Of a DNA stretch of 64,000 bases, positions 1 through 10,073 are shown piece after piece. The DNA comes from Burkholderiales bacterium (lineage in GTDB: Bacteria > Pseudomonadota > Gammaproteobacteria > Burkholderiales > SG8-41): assembly GCA_030683105.1 (NCBI GenBank), contig JAUXMZ010000069.1, forward strand, positions 11,665 to 75,664. Reading direction: 5' to 3'. The notes under the pieces are model-generated. The model saw only the letters and a list, made by a program, of their open reading frames with translations. It did not search any database and was not told the DNA's origin. Within the stretch, counting starts at the first letter, position 1, and each line of letters starts with the position of its first letter. The translations under genes were made by a program, and so were the position numbers.

Positions 1-3000
1 CGCGCCACACAATTGTATTGCCGCGGCTGCGGTGCGCCGGTGCGGCGCGACTCGCCGCAAAGCATCGTCGACGACGTCGTGCGGCGCGCGCGCGATGCGG
101 ACGATCCGCGCCTTATCATCGCCTTCCCGGTGGAGGTGCCGAAAAACTTCACCCTCGCGGAAATCAAGCAACTGCTCGAGGCCCAGGGCTATACCCGTTT
201 CTTAAGCGAATCACCGCAGCGCTGCGAAGTGATCCAGGACCGGCTGCGCGCCGGCTGCGCGGAGCGCGCGCGGCTGGCCGAAGCAGTGGAAGCGGCGCTT
301 AGGGTCGGACAGGGGCGCATTAACGTGCATGTGGTGAACGAAGCGGCGGACAGCGCCCTACTCATTAACCCTCTCCCCTACCCTCTCCCTTCAAAGGGAG
401 AGGGAGAAACTTTGCGCGCCGGCAGCACCGCGCGCGAAAGCGCCGTTCCGTCTCACGCCTCACGCCTCACGCCTCGCGCTTCACGCATTACCCCTCACTC
501 CTCACTCCTCACTCCTCACGCGCCATGGCGCTACTCCACGGCGCTGCACTGCGCGGACTGCGACATCCATTACCAGGACCCGCTGCCCAGCCTGTTTTCC
601 TTCAACTCGCCGATGGGCGCGTGCGACACCTGCCGCGGTTTCGGCCGCGTGATCGGCGTCGATTTCGGACTGGTGGTGCCCGATGCCGCGCTGACGCTGC
701 GCGGCGGTGCGGTGCGGCCGTGGCAGACGCCGAGCTTCAAGGAGTGCCAGGACGACCTGGTGAAGTACGCGAAAAAGCGCGGCATGCCACTCGACACGCC
801 GTGGCGCGATCTGGATGAAGATGCGCGGCGTTGGGTGCTGGAAGGCGAACCCGAGTGGGTGAACTGGAAGCAGTCGTGGCCCGGCACCTGGTACGGCGTG
901 CGGCGCTTTTTCAAGTGGCTGGAGACCAAGTCCTACAAGATGCACATCCGCGTGCTGCTGTCGAAGTACCGCGCTTACACCGCGTGCACCGACTGCAACG
1001 GTGCACGCCTGAAGCCGGCGGCACTGCTGTGGCGGCTGGGCACGCAGGACAACGCGCGCGATGCGCTGGGAACGCGTCCGCGCTTCAGGCCGCAGGGGGT
1101 AACGTTTTCAGACGAAGTACTGGCGCAACTGCCGGGCCTCAACCTCTATGACCTGATGCTGCTGCCGTTGTCCGAAGTGCGGCGTTTTTTCGATACCTTG
1201 CAACTGCCGCGCCCGCTGGATGAAGCGACCGAACTGCTGGTGGGCGAGATCCGCACCCGGCTCGCCTTTCTCGACCAGGTCGGCCTCGGTTATCTCAACC
1301 TCGACCGCCAGTCGCGCACGCTGTCGGGCGGCGAAGTGCAGCGCATCAACCTCACCACCGCGCTCGGCACCTCGCTGGTCAACACGCTGTTCGTGCTCGA
1401 TGAGCCGTCGATCGGCTTGCATCCGCGCGACATGGGACGCGTGATCGAGGTCATGCAGCGGCTGCGCGACGCCGGCAACACGCTGGTGGTGGTGGAGCAC
1501 GATCCGCAGATCATGCTCGCCGCCGACCGCATCCTCGACATGGGGCCGGGACCGGGCGAACACGGCGGCGAAGTGGTGTTTTTCGGTACACCTAAAACAT
1601 TAATAAAATCAGATACTTCCGTAACAGGCCGCTACCTGGCTGGAGAATTGCACGCGGACCGTGGCACTCGGCCGGTGAAGCCCGCGGCGAACGCGCCTGC
1701 GCTGCATCTGACCGGCGCAACCGAACACAATCTCAAGAACATCGATGTGCGTTTTCCACTGCGCCACATGGTGTGCCTCACCGGCGTGTCGGGTTCGGGC
1801 AAATCGACGCTGGTGCAGGACGTGCTGCACGCGGCGCTGCTGCAGGCCAAGGGCAAGCCCACCGAGGCGCCGGGACGCCATCGCGCATTGCGCGGCCACG
1901 AACATCTCAGTGACGTGGTGCTGGTGGACCAGACGCCGATCGGCCGCACCACGCGCTCCAATCCCGCGAGCTACGTCGGCGCCTTCGACGCGATCCGCAA
2001 CCTGTATATGCGCGCGCCGCTGGCGCGCGAGCGCGCCTACACCACGGGCACCTTCAGTTTCAATTCGGGCAACGGCCGCTGCCCGGCCTGCGGCGGCAAC
2101 GGGTTTGAGCATGTCGAGATGCAGTTCCTGTCCGACGTCTATCTGCGCTGCCCGGATTGCGACGGCCGGCGCTACCGCGCGGAAATCCTCGAAGTCACGC
2201 TGCGCGGCAAATCCATTGCCGACGTGCTCGACCTCACGGTGTCCGAGGCCAGCCGCTTCTTCGCCGACGAACCTTCGGTCATCGCCGCGCTCGCCCCGCT
2301 GTCCGACGTCGGCCTCGATTATCTGAAACTGGGCCAGCCGGTGCCCACGCTGTCGGGCGGCGAAGCGCAGCGCCTCAAGCTCGCCGGCTATCTCGCGGCT
2401 CACGCCGTCACCCTGCGCCCGCGCAAAGGCAAGGCTGCCTCCGCCGCACACACGCTGTTCCTGTTCGACGAGCCCACCACCGGCCTGCACTTCGAGGACG
2501 TGGCGCGGCTGTTGCAGGCGTTACGCCGCCTGATCGCCGCCGGGCATTCGCTGATCATCATCGAGCACAACCTGGACGTGATCCGCGCCAGCGACTGGAT
2601 CATCGACCTCGGCCCCGAGGGGGGTGACGCCGGCGGCGAGATCGTGTGTGTGGGCACGGCGGAAGACGTGATGGCGCATGCCGCCTCGCACACCGGCCGC
2701 GCATTGCGCGAGTATGCCAAGGCGCTGCAACCCGGTGCGGCCGAGGCCAGCGCAGCCGTGGCCGCCATGCCCGCGGTCAAGCGCCACAATGCCATCCGAG
2801 TGCACCACGCGCGCGAGCACAATCTGCGCAACATCGACGTCGACATCCCGCATGGCCGCTTCACGGTAATCACCGGCGTGTCGGGCAGCGGCAAGTCCAC
2901 GCTCGCCTTCGACATCCTGTTCGCGGAAGGGCAGCGCCGCTATCTCGAATCGCTCAACGCCTACGCGCGCCAGTTCGTGCAGTCGGCGGCGCGGCCCGAC

Positions 3001-5469
3001 GTGGACGCCATCTACGGCATCCCGCCCACTGTCGCCATCGAGCAGCGCACCAGCCGCGGCGGGCGCAAAAGCACGGTGGCCACGCTGACCGAGATCTACC
3101 ACTTCCTGCGCCTGCTCTACGTCAAGCTCGGCACCCAGTACTGCCCGGACTGCGATGTCGCCATCGCGCCGCAGAGCTTGGACAGCATCGCCGCGCGCAT
3201 CCTGCGCGACTATGGGAAAAAAGGCGGCGGCAACCATATCGGCGTGCTGGCGCCGCTGGTGGTCAACCGCAAGGGCTATTACACCGATCTCGCCAAGTGG
3301 GCGGCAGCGCGCGGCTACACCCATTTGATGGTGGACGGCGAGTTCATCGAAACCGCGCATTGGCCGCGCCTGTCGCGCTTCCAGGAACACAACATCGAAC
3401 TGCCGGTGGCCGACATCACTGTGAGTCCGGACAACGAGGCCGCGCTGCGCGCAGCGCTCGCCGAGGCCATAGACCACGGCAAGGGTGTGGTGCACGTACT
3501 GGACAATCTGGGCGCGCTGGCGCAGGCCGTGCAGCGCAAGAGCACTGCGCCGGTCCAGCTTACGCGCAGCGTGTTCTCGGTCAAGCGCGCCTGTCCGTCC
3601 TGCAACATGAGCTTCCCGGAACCGGACCCGCGATTGTTTTCCTTCAACTCGCGCCATGGCTGGTGCGCCGCCTGTTTCGGCACCGGGCTCAAGCTCGACG
3701 CCGTGGGCTGGGACGAATCGCGCGAGAAAACCGGCACCGAAGATCACGTGCTCGATTCCTGGCTGCAATGGCTGGAAATCGACGAGCCCTGCCCCGCCTG
3801 CCATGGCCAGCGTCTGAACCGCCAGGCGCTGGCGGTGCGGCTGGAAGACCAGTCCATCTCGGCGCTGACCGCGCATCCGGTGAAGCGACTCGCGCAATTT
3901 TTCAGCAAGCTGAAGCTGGGAGCGCGCGAAGCCGCTATCGCGCGCGACGTGCTGGCCGAACTGCACAGCCGGCTCGGTTTCCTGCAGCAGGTGGGGCTCG
4001 ATTACCTGACGCTGGACCGCGCCGCGCCCACGCTCTCCGGCGGCGAAGCGCAGCGCATCCGGCTCGCTGCCCAGCTGGGCTCCAACCTGCAGGGCGTGTG
4101 CTACATCCTCGACGAGCCCACCATCGGCCTGCATCCGCGCGACAACCGCATCCTGCTCGACACCCTGCAGCAGCTCGAAGCGCGCGGCAACACGCTGGTG
4201 GTGGTGGAGCATGACGAAGACACCATACGCCGCGCCAACCATGTGATCGACCTCGGTCCGGGCGCGGGCAAGCACGGCGGCCTGGTCATCGCCAGCGGCA
4301 CGGCGGCGCAACTGATGCGCCAGCCGCAATCGGTCACCGGCCGCTTTCTCGCCAACCCGCTGCGCCACCCGCTGCATCCACCGCGTGCAGTGGACAGGAA
4401 AACACCGCGGCTTTGCATCGACAACACGACCCTGCATAACCTGAAACATCTTGATGTGCGCCTGCCTCTGCAGCGGCTGGTGGTGATCACCGGCGTCTCC
4501 GGCTCCGGAAAATCGACCCTGGCGCGGGATGTGCTGCACGCCAACCTGGCGCAGCAGGTGGCGGCACGGCGCACCCACAAACAGCCGCCGCTGACCGGCT
4601 GCAAGGCGCTGCGCGGCGGGGACGACATCGGCCGCGTGCTGGAAGTGGACCAGACGCCGATCGGCAAGACGCCGCGCTCCTGCCCCGCGACCTACGTCGG
4701 CTTCTGGGACGCGATCCGGCGCCTCTACGCCGAAACGCCGGAAGCGCGCATGCGCGGCTACAACGCGGGCCGCTTCTCGTTCAATACCGCCGGCGGCCGC
4801 TGCGCGGCCTGCGAGGGCCAGGGCATGAAGAAAATCGAAATGAGCTTCCTGCCCGACGTCAAAGTGCCGTGCGAGGTGTGCGGCGGCGCGCGTTTCGACA
4901 CCGAAACGCTGGCGGTGCGCTTCAAGGACAAATCCATAGGCGACGTGCTCGCCATGAACATAGACGAGGCGGCCGATTTTTTCAGCGCGCACACCGCCAT
5001 CCACCACGCGCTCACGCTGCTGCAGCAGGTAAGCCTGGGCTATCTCACGCTGGGCCAGCAAAGTCCCACGCTGTCCGGCGGCGAAGCGCAGCGCATCAAG
5101 CTCGTAACCGAATTGTCCAAGGTGCGCGCCGACGGCAATGATGCCGCCGCGCGGCCGGGACGCGCGGGCTCTAAAAAACAGTCGCTCTACGTGCTCGACG
5201 AGCCCACGGTCGGCCTGCACATGGCGGACGTCGAGAAACTGATCCGCGTGCTGCACCGCCTGGTCGATGCCGGCAACAGCGTGGTGGTGATCGAGCACAA
5301 TCTCGACATCATCGCCGAAGCCGACTGGATCATCGACCTCGGCCCGGAAGCGGGTGACGCCGGCGGCGAGATCGTGGCTGAAGGCCCGCCCGCCGCATTG
5401 GCCCGATCCAGCCGGCGCTCGCACACCGCGCGCATCCTCACCGAATTCCTGCGCGAACGCACAGCCTGA
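1..5469 (+). CDS. uvrA: Excinuclease ABC subunit A, double-length (tandem UvrA), 5'-truncated by window
   Basis: Frame open from base 1; three visible GVSGSGKST Walker A motifs, four LSGGE signatures, four DEP Walker B motifs, CxxC zinc fingers; in-frame repeat insertion near 349-522. Confidence 0.93.
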   Translation, partial: RATQLYCRGCGAPVRRDSPQSIVDDVVRRARDADDPRLIIAFPVEVPKNFTLAEIKQLLEAQGYTRFLSESPQRCEVIQDRLRAGCAERARLAEAVEAALRVGQGRINVHVVNEAADSALLINPLPYPLPSKGEGETLRAGSTARESAVPSHASRLTPRASRITPHSSLLTPHAPWRYSTALHCADCDIHYQDPLPSLFSFNSPMGACDTCRGFGRVIGVDFGLVVPDAALTLRGGAVRPWQTPSFKECQDDLVKYAKKRGMPLDTPWRDLDEDARRWVLEGEPEWVNWKQSWPGTWYGVRRFFKWLETKSYKMHIRVLLSKYRAYTACTDCNGARLKPAALLWRLGTQDNARDALGTRPRFRPQGVTFSDEVLAQLPGLNLYDLMLLPLSEVRRFFDTLQLPRPLDEATELLVGEIRTRLAFLDQVGLGYLNLDRQSRTLSGGEVQRINLTTALGTSLVNTLFVLDEPSIGLHPRDMGRVIEVMQRLRDAGNTLVVVEHDPQIMLAADRILDMGPGPGEHGGEVVFFGTPKTLIKSDTSVTGRYLAGELHADRGTRPVKPAANAPALHLTGATEHNLKNIDVRFPLRHMVCLTGVSGSGKSTLVQDVLHAALLQAKGKPTEAPGRHRALRGHEHLSDVVLVDQTPIGRTTRSNPASYVGAFDAIRNLYMRAPLARERAYTTGTFSFNSGNGRCPACGGNGFEHVEMQFLSDVYLRCPDCDGRRYRAEILEVTLRGKSIADVLDLTVSEASRFFADEPSVIAALAPLSDVGLDYLKLGQPVPTLSGGEAQRLKLAGYLAAHAVTLRPRKGKAASAAHTLFLFDEPTTGLHFEDVARLLQALRRLIAAGHSLIIIEHNLDVIRASDWIIDLGPEGGDAGGEIVCVGTAEDVMAHAASHTGRALREYAKALQPGAAEASAAVAAMPAVKRHNAIRVHHAREHNLRNIDVDIPHGRFTVITGVSGSGKSTLAFDILFAEGQRRYLESLNAYARQFVQSAARPDVDAIYGIPPTVAIEQRTSRGGRKSTVATLTEIYHFLRLLYVKLGTQYCPDCDVAIAPQSLDSIAARILRDYGKKGGGNHIGVLAPLVVNRKGYYTDLAKWAAARGYTHLMVDGEFIETAHWPRLSRFQEHNIELPVADITVSPDNEAALRAALAEAIDHGKGVVHVLDNLGALAQAVQRKSTAPVQLTRSVFSVKRACPSCNMSFPEPDPRLFSFNSRHGWCAACFGTGLKLDAVGWDESREKTGTEDHVLDSWLQWLEIDEPCPACHGQRLNRQALAVRLEDQSISALTAHPVKRLAQFFSKLKLGAREAAIARDVLAELHSRLGFLQQVGLDYLTLDRAAPTLSGGEAQRIRLAAQLGSNLQGVCYILDEPTIGLHPRDNRILLDTLQQLEARGNTLVVVEHDEDTIRRANHVIDLGPGAGKHGGLVIASGTAAQLMRQPQSVTGRFLANPLRHPLHPPRAVDRKTPRLCIDNTTLHNLKHLDVRLPLQRLVVITGVSGSGKSTLARDVLHANLAQQVAARRTHKQPPLTGCKALRGGDDIGRVLEVDQTPIGKTPRSCPATYVGFWDAIRRLYAETPEARMRGYNAGRFSFNTAGGRCAACEGQGMKKIEMSFLPDVKVPCEVCGGARFDTETLAVRFKDKSIGDVLAMNIDEAADFFSAHTAIHHALTLLQQVSLGYLTLGQQSPTLSGGEAQRIKLVTELSKVRADGNDAAARPGRAGSKKQSLYVLDEPTVGLHMADVEKLIRVLHRLVDAGNSVVVIEHNLDIIAEADWIIDLGPEAGDAGGEIVAEGPPAALARSSRRSHTARILTEFLRERTA
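369..407. repeat. CCCTCTCCC/GGGAGAGGG hairpin repeat inside uvrA
   Basis: ccctctccct-tcaa-agggagaggg perfect stem 381-404, preceded by a second ccctctcccc. Confidence 0.75.
453..522. repeat. Heptamer tandem array (TCACGCC/TCACTCC, 10 units) inside uvrA
   Basis: tcacgcc x3, tcgcgct, tcacgca, ttacccc, tcactcc x3, tcacgcg. Confidence 0.9.
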
Positions 5470-5524
5470 GTCCGCTACCGCGGTTGTGCCGGCGCGCGCA
5501 GGTCGGCGATAATCGGTAATCATC

Positions 5525-6388
5525 ATGCCCGATCTCGCACTGTTCCCCCCGCACATCAGGAGCCTCGACGGCTTCGAGGTGCGCCGGCTGCTACCCGCCC
5601 GCGCACTGCGCATGGTCGGGCCGTTCATTTTTTTTGATCACCTCGGCCCGTCCGATTTGCCGCCGGGCGCGGGCGTGGAGGTGCGGCCCCATCCGCACAT
5701 CGGGCTTGCCACCGTCACTTACCTGTTCGAGGGCGCGCTGATGCACCGCGACAGCCTGGGTTGCGCGCAACGCATCGTGCCCGGCGACGTCAACTGGATG
5801 ACGGCGGGCAGCGGCATCGTGCATTCCGAACGCACGCCCGAGGACTTGCGCGCAAACGGCTCGCGGCTGCACGCCATCCAGTGCTGGGTTGCCCTGCCCG
5901 ATGCAGAGGAAGAGACCGCGCCCGCATTCAGCCATCACCCAGCGGCCACGCTGCCGGAAATCGTGCTTCCCGGCGTAACATTGCGGCTCATCGCCGGCTC
6001 CGCGTTCGGCAAACAGGCGCCGGCGCCCGTGCATTCGCCGCTGTTTTACCTGGCAGCCCACCTGCAACCGGGCGCCTCGCTCGTGCTGCCGGCCGAACAT
6101 GCCGAGCGCGGTCTCTATGTCGTCGAGGGCGGTGTCAGCGTTGACGGCACGGCCATTCCGCCGCTGCATCTGGCGGTGTTGCCGCCGGGAGATGAAGTGA
6201 CGCTGTCCTGCCATGCGGAGGCACGGCTCATGCTGCTGGGCGGCGCAGCGGTCGGCGAACGCCACATCTGGTGGAATTTCGTATCGAGTTCGCGCGAGCG
6301 CATCGAGCAGGCCAGGCAGCGCTGGCGCGACCAGGTGTTCCCGCCGGTGCCCGGCGAAACCGAATTCACGCCGCTGCCGGACCGCTGA
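5525..6388 (+). CDS. Pirin family protein
   Basis: GPFIFFDH, HPHIGLATVTY, WMTAGSGIVHSE cupin motifs. Confidence 0.93.
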   Translation: MPDLALFPPHIRSLDGFEVRRLLPARALRMVGPFIFFDHLGPSDLPPGAGVEVRPHPHIGLATVTYLFEGALMHRDSLGCAQRIVPGDVNWMTAGSGIVHSERTPEDLRANGSRLHAIQCWVALPDAEEETAPAFSHHPAATLPEIVLPGVTLRLIAGSAFGKQAPAPVHSPLFYLAAHLQPGASLVLPAEHAERGLYVVEGGVSVDGTAIPPLHLAVLPPGDEVTLSCHAEARLMLLGGAAVGERHIWWNFVSSSRERIEQARQRWRDQVFPPVPGETEFTPLPDR

Positions 6389-6389
6389 G

Positions 6390-7622
6390 TTGAGCCCGGC
6401 CATTTATCGCGTTCTGCAGGCCCTGCTGGTGCCGGCCTTCATTCTGGGCCTGGCTTACGCCGCCATTACTTTTGGCTCCGCCTTGCCCGATTCGCTGGCC
6501 GGTCTCAGGGTGCACGGTGCTGTTATTGCGCTGACGTTGAGTATCGCGGTCAGCATTGCATTCGGCCGCGGACGCGTAGTGTTTGCCCTGCTGTCGCTGG
6601 CGCTGGCCTATGCCGCCTACCGCCATTTCCCGCTGGCCGATCTCGCCGGGCCGGCTGCGCGCATCGTGTTTGCGGCGCTCTGCCTGTTCGTGCCCGTCAA
6701 CCTGGCGCTGATGGCGCTGCTGCCGGAACGCGGCGCCCTGACCGGCCCCGCCATGCGCCGGCTCGCGCTGATTGCCGCGCAGGCCGCTCTGACGGTTGGG
6801 CTGATCTACATTGGCGGCAACGATGTCGCCACCTGGCTCTACCGGCCGCTCCTGCCCGGCGCGTTAACGATCAACTCGCCCATCCCGCAGGCCGGCCAGG
6901 CGGCGCTGCTGCTGGCCCTGCTCACCTGCACCACGGCCTGGCTCATCACGCGCTCCGCGATCAATCTCGGATTGGCCAGCGCCATCGTCGCGTTCGCGCT
7001 GGCCGCGCACGGCCTGGCCAACCCGGACCAGTTTGCTTTTTTCACCGCCGGCGGCGCGCTGATCCTGATCGTTGCGGTACTGCAGGACACCTTCCGCATG
7101 GCATTCCGGGATGAGCTGACCGGGTTGCCCAGCCGGCGCGCGCTCAACGAAAGCCTGGCCGCCGTGAGCGGGCGCTACGCCATCGCCATGGTGGACGTCG
7201 ATCATTTCAAGAAATTCAACGACACGCATGGCCATGACACCGGGGACCAGGTGCTGAAAATGGTGGCCTCCAGGCTCGCCCACTGCGGCGGCGGCGGCAA
7301 GACTTACCGTTACGGCGGCGAGGAGTTCACGCTGCTGTTTCCGGGGAAAAGCCTGGACCAGGCCCTTCCTTACCTGGAAAGCCTGTGCCAGGACATTGCC
7401 GGTTACCGGATGGCAGTGCGCTCGCCCGACCGGCCGGAGCGCACGGGACCCGGGAAAAAAAATCGCGGCGTAAAACGCGCGGACAAGACGGTTGCGGTGA
7501 CGATCAGCATCGGCGTTGCGGAAAAAAACGGCAAGCTTGCCACGCCCGATGACGTCATACAGGCCGCCGACAAGGCGCTTTACCGCGCCAAAAACAAAGG
7601 CCGCAACCGGGTCTGCCGATAA
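6390..7622 (+). CDS. Membrane-anchored diguanylate cyclase (GGDEF domain)
   Basis: Multiple TM helices, then DELTGL, DVDHFKKFNDTHGH, RYGGEEF, ADKALYRAK; start placed at in-frame TTG just after the pirin stop. Confidence 0.9.
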   Translation: MSPAIYRVLQALLVPAFILGLAYAAITFGSALPDSLAGLRVHGAVIALTLSIAVSIAFGRGRVVFALLSLALAYAAYRHFPLADLAGPAARIVFAALCLFVPVNLALMALLPERGALTGPAMRRLALIAAQAALTVGLIYIGGNDVATWLYRPLLPGALTINSPIPQAGQAALLLALLTCTTAWLITRSAINLGLASAIVAFALAAHGLANPDQFAFFTAGGALILIVAVLQDTFRMAFRDELTGLPSRRALNESLAAVSGRYAIAMVDVDHFKKFNDTHGHDTGDQVLKMVASRLAHCGGGGKTYRYGGEEFTLLFPGKSLDQALPYLESLCQDIAGYRMAVRSPDRPERTGPGKKNRGVKRADKTVAVTISIGVAEKNGKLATPDDVIQAADKALYRAKNKGRNRVCR

Positions 7623-7669
7623 GCATGCCGGCGTTGTTCGCCATCACGGCGATTGCAATGCGCGCGGAT

Positions 7670-7683
7670 TTGACCGGGATCAA
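7670..7683. promoter_or_regulatory. FNR/Anr/Dnr-type box upstream of usp
   Basis: TTGAC-CGGG-ATCAA versus consensus TTGAT-N4-ATCAA. Confidence 0.5.
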
Positions 7684-7775
7684 ATAATAGCAACCTGCCC
7701 GGGAGGAAAATAAACTATTGATTTCATGTTGCACTTGGCCCGGGTGCGGTTGTCATATCACTTAAGGAGGTCATC

Positions 7776-8210
7776 ATGCTCAAAGTGCTAATGCCCGTTG
7801 ACGGCTCCGAGGCCGCGCTGCGCGCCGCAACGCAATTTGCCGCACTGGCGCCTCAACTGCAGGAGGCTGAAGTGCTGCTGCTCAATGTTCAACACCCTAT
7901 CGCCTTGAGCGACAGGGTAATTGACGGCAGGCCCTCCGAACTTCGTCATCTCGAAGCGCCGCTGCGGGAGGCCGCCGAAAAACTGTTTTCTGTCACACGG
8001 AAAGTGCTGGAAGCCGCCGGGATCGCGTACACCACACACGTCGAGTTCGCCGATCCGGCAACGGCCATCGCCGACTACGCACAACGGCATCACTGCGATC
8101 TTATCGTCATGGGAACACGCGGCCTTGGCGCCATTGCGCAAATAACGCTGGGCTCCGTTTCCAACAAGGTCCTGCATCTTACTGCGTTGCCGGTCATGCT
8201 GGTCAAATAG
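7776..8210 (+). CDS. Universal stress protein
   Basis: MPVDGS N-terminus, DLIVMGTRG...LGSVS motif; RBS aaggagg. Confidence 0.92.
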   Translation: MLKVLMPVDGSEAALRAATQFAALAPQLQEAEVLLLNVQHPIALSDRVIDGRPSELRHLEAPLREAAEKLFSVTRKVLEAAGIAYTTHVEFADPATAIADYAQRHHCDLIVMGTRGLGAIAQITLGSVSNKVLHLTALPVMLVK

Positions 8211-8346
8211 CATTCCAGGCCGCTGCCACGCCGGATCGAAGCCTCAGGCAGGATCATTTGCAGCCACAACGAAGTTTTTTTCTCCATTCCGTGAAAATCA
8301 TCGCGGCCGCGATGGCTGCCGGCCCGGTAATGCGCGAAAATAGGCC

Positions 8347-9006
8347 ATGTCCGCATCAGACCATCTTATGAACAATATCGCCGACCTGCGTCAGGAGTAC
8401 ATGCGCGAACGCCTGGACGAGGAAGACGTCACTCGCGATCCCATCAGGCAGTTTACCCGGTGGTTCGACGAAGCCATCAATGCCCGGCTGCCGATGGTGA
8501 ACGCCATGACCCTTGCGAGCGTGTCAGCCGCGGGCCGGCCTTCGGCTCGCATCGTGCTGCTGAAGGAAGTCGATGAGTCCGGTTTCGTGTTTTATACCAA
8601 TTACGAGAGCCGCAAAGGCAGGGAACTCGCGGAAAATCCAAGAGCAGCGCTGCTTTTTTACTGGATAGAACTGGAACGCGAGGTGCGTATTGAAGGCCGG
8701 GTCGTTAAAGTAACGGCGCGGGAGTCGGACGACTATTTCGCCAGCCGTCCGCTTGGCAGCCGTATTGCCGCGAATGCCTCGCCGCAAAGCCGTGTGGTGG
8801 CCGACCGCGCAGTGCTCGAAGCGCGCTACGCTGAAATCGAAAAACGCGACGGAACCCATCCTTCGCGCCCCGTTTGCTGGGGCGGCTATCGCGTGGTTCC
8901 GGAAGTGATCGAGTTCTGGCAGGGGCGCCCCAACCGTCTGCATGACCGGTTGCAGTACAGCCTCCGCACCGACGGGAACTGGGCCATCGAGCGCCTGGCA
9001 CCTTAG
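8347..9006 (+). CDS. pdxH: Pyridoxamine 5'-phosphate oxidase
   Basis: [33 protein letters not shown]; alternative start 8368. Confidence 0.95.
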   Translation: MSASDHLMNNIADLRQEYMRERLDEEDVTRDPIRQFTRWFDEAINARLPMVNAMTLASVSAAGRPSARIVLLKEVDESGFVFYTNYESRKGRELAENPRAALLFYWIELEREVRIEGRVVKVTARESDDYFASRPLGSRIAANASPQSRVVADRAVLEARYAEIEKRDGTHPSRPVCWGGYRVVPEVIEFWQGRPNRLHDRLQYSLRTDGNWAIERLAP

Positions 9007-9031
9007 CGTTAAGGCCGGGCCCCTGCCCGGC

Positions 9032-10024
9032 TCAGAAGAAATGCTGGCCCAGCCACCAGGCTATCGCGGAAACGAAGGCCGAGCACGGGATGGTGAATAT
9101 CCACGCCCAGACGATGCCGCCCGCCACCCCCCAGCGCACCGCGGAGAACTTTTGCGCCGAGCCGACGCCGACTATCGAGCCGGTGATGGTATGGGTGGTG
9201 GAAACCGGGATGCCGAAGCCGGTTGCCAGGAACAGCGTTACAGCCCCGCCAGTTTCGGCGCAAAAACCGCCTACCGGCTTGAGCTTGGTGATTTTCTGGC
9301 CCATGGTCTTGACGATACGCCAGCCGCCGAACATCGTGCCGAGCGCGATCGTCGTATAGCACGAAATGATCACCCACGTGGGCACATGGTCTTCGGTGCT
9401 GGACATCCCTGCCGCGATCAGCAGCATCCAAATCAGGCCCGCGGTCTTCTGGGCGTCGTTGCCGCCATGGCCCAGGCTGTACATGCCGGCGGATATCAAT
9501 TGCAGCCGGCGGAACCAGCCATCCACCCGTCGCGGCGATGTTCGAACGCATAGCCATGACACGGCGAGCATCAGCAGGGCGCCGAGCGCAAAACCCAGCA
9601 TCGGGGACAGCACGATAAATACGATGGTTTTTATCAGGCCGCTGGCCACCAGCGAGCCGGTACCGACCTTCGCCACCGCCGCGCCCACCAACCCCCCAAT
9701 CAGGGCGTGCGAGGAACTCGACGGAATGCCATAGACCCAGGTGATGAAATTCCATGCAATGGCGCCGCACAGCGCGCCGAAGACCACGTAATGATCAACG
9801 ATGGTCGGATCGATGATGCCTTTGCCGATGGTGGTTGCGACCTTCGTTTCAAAAACAAAGAACGCCGCAAAGTTGAAAAAAGCCGCCCAGCATACCGCCC
9901 ACAGCGGCTTGAGCACGCCGGTTGATACGACCGTCGCAATGGAGTTGGCGGCATCATGAAACCCGTTCATGAAGTCGAACACGAGCGCAAGGAAGATCAG
10001 GAACACCAGCACTTCGATAGACAT
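9032..10024 (-). CDS. Inorganic phosphate transporter (PiT family)
   Basis: NGFHDAANSIAT, HGGNDAQKT, PVSTTH motifs; start at MSIEVL. Confidence 0.93.
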   Translation of the reverse strand: MSIEVLVFLIFLALVFDFMNGFHDAANSIATVVSTGVLKPLWAVCWAAFFNFAAFFVFETKVATTIGKGIIDPTIVDHYVVFGALCGAIAWNFITWVYGIPSSSSHALIGGLVGAAVAKVGTGSLVASGLIKTIVFIVLSPMLGFALGALLMLAVSWLCVRTSPRRVDGWFRRLQLISAGMYSLGHGGNDAQKTAGLIWMLLIAAGMSSTEDHVPTWVIISCYTTIALGTMFGGWRIVKTMGQKITKLKPVGGFCAETGGAVTLFLATGFGIPVSTTHTITGSIVGVGSAQKFSAVRWGVAGGIVWAWIFTIPCSAFVSAIAWWLGQHFF

Positions 10025-10073
10025 GGGAATCGCTTTTTGTTTTGTATGGTGCGCAGGCGGCACGTGCCGCTGC

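Noticed and set aside
2521-5628. 1035-aa minus-strand ORF and other long antisense ORFs (e.g. 16690-18324, 25854-27032, 36034-37338)
   Set aside because: Shadow frames of well-supported genes in GC-rich DNA; no recognisable motifs
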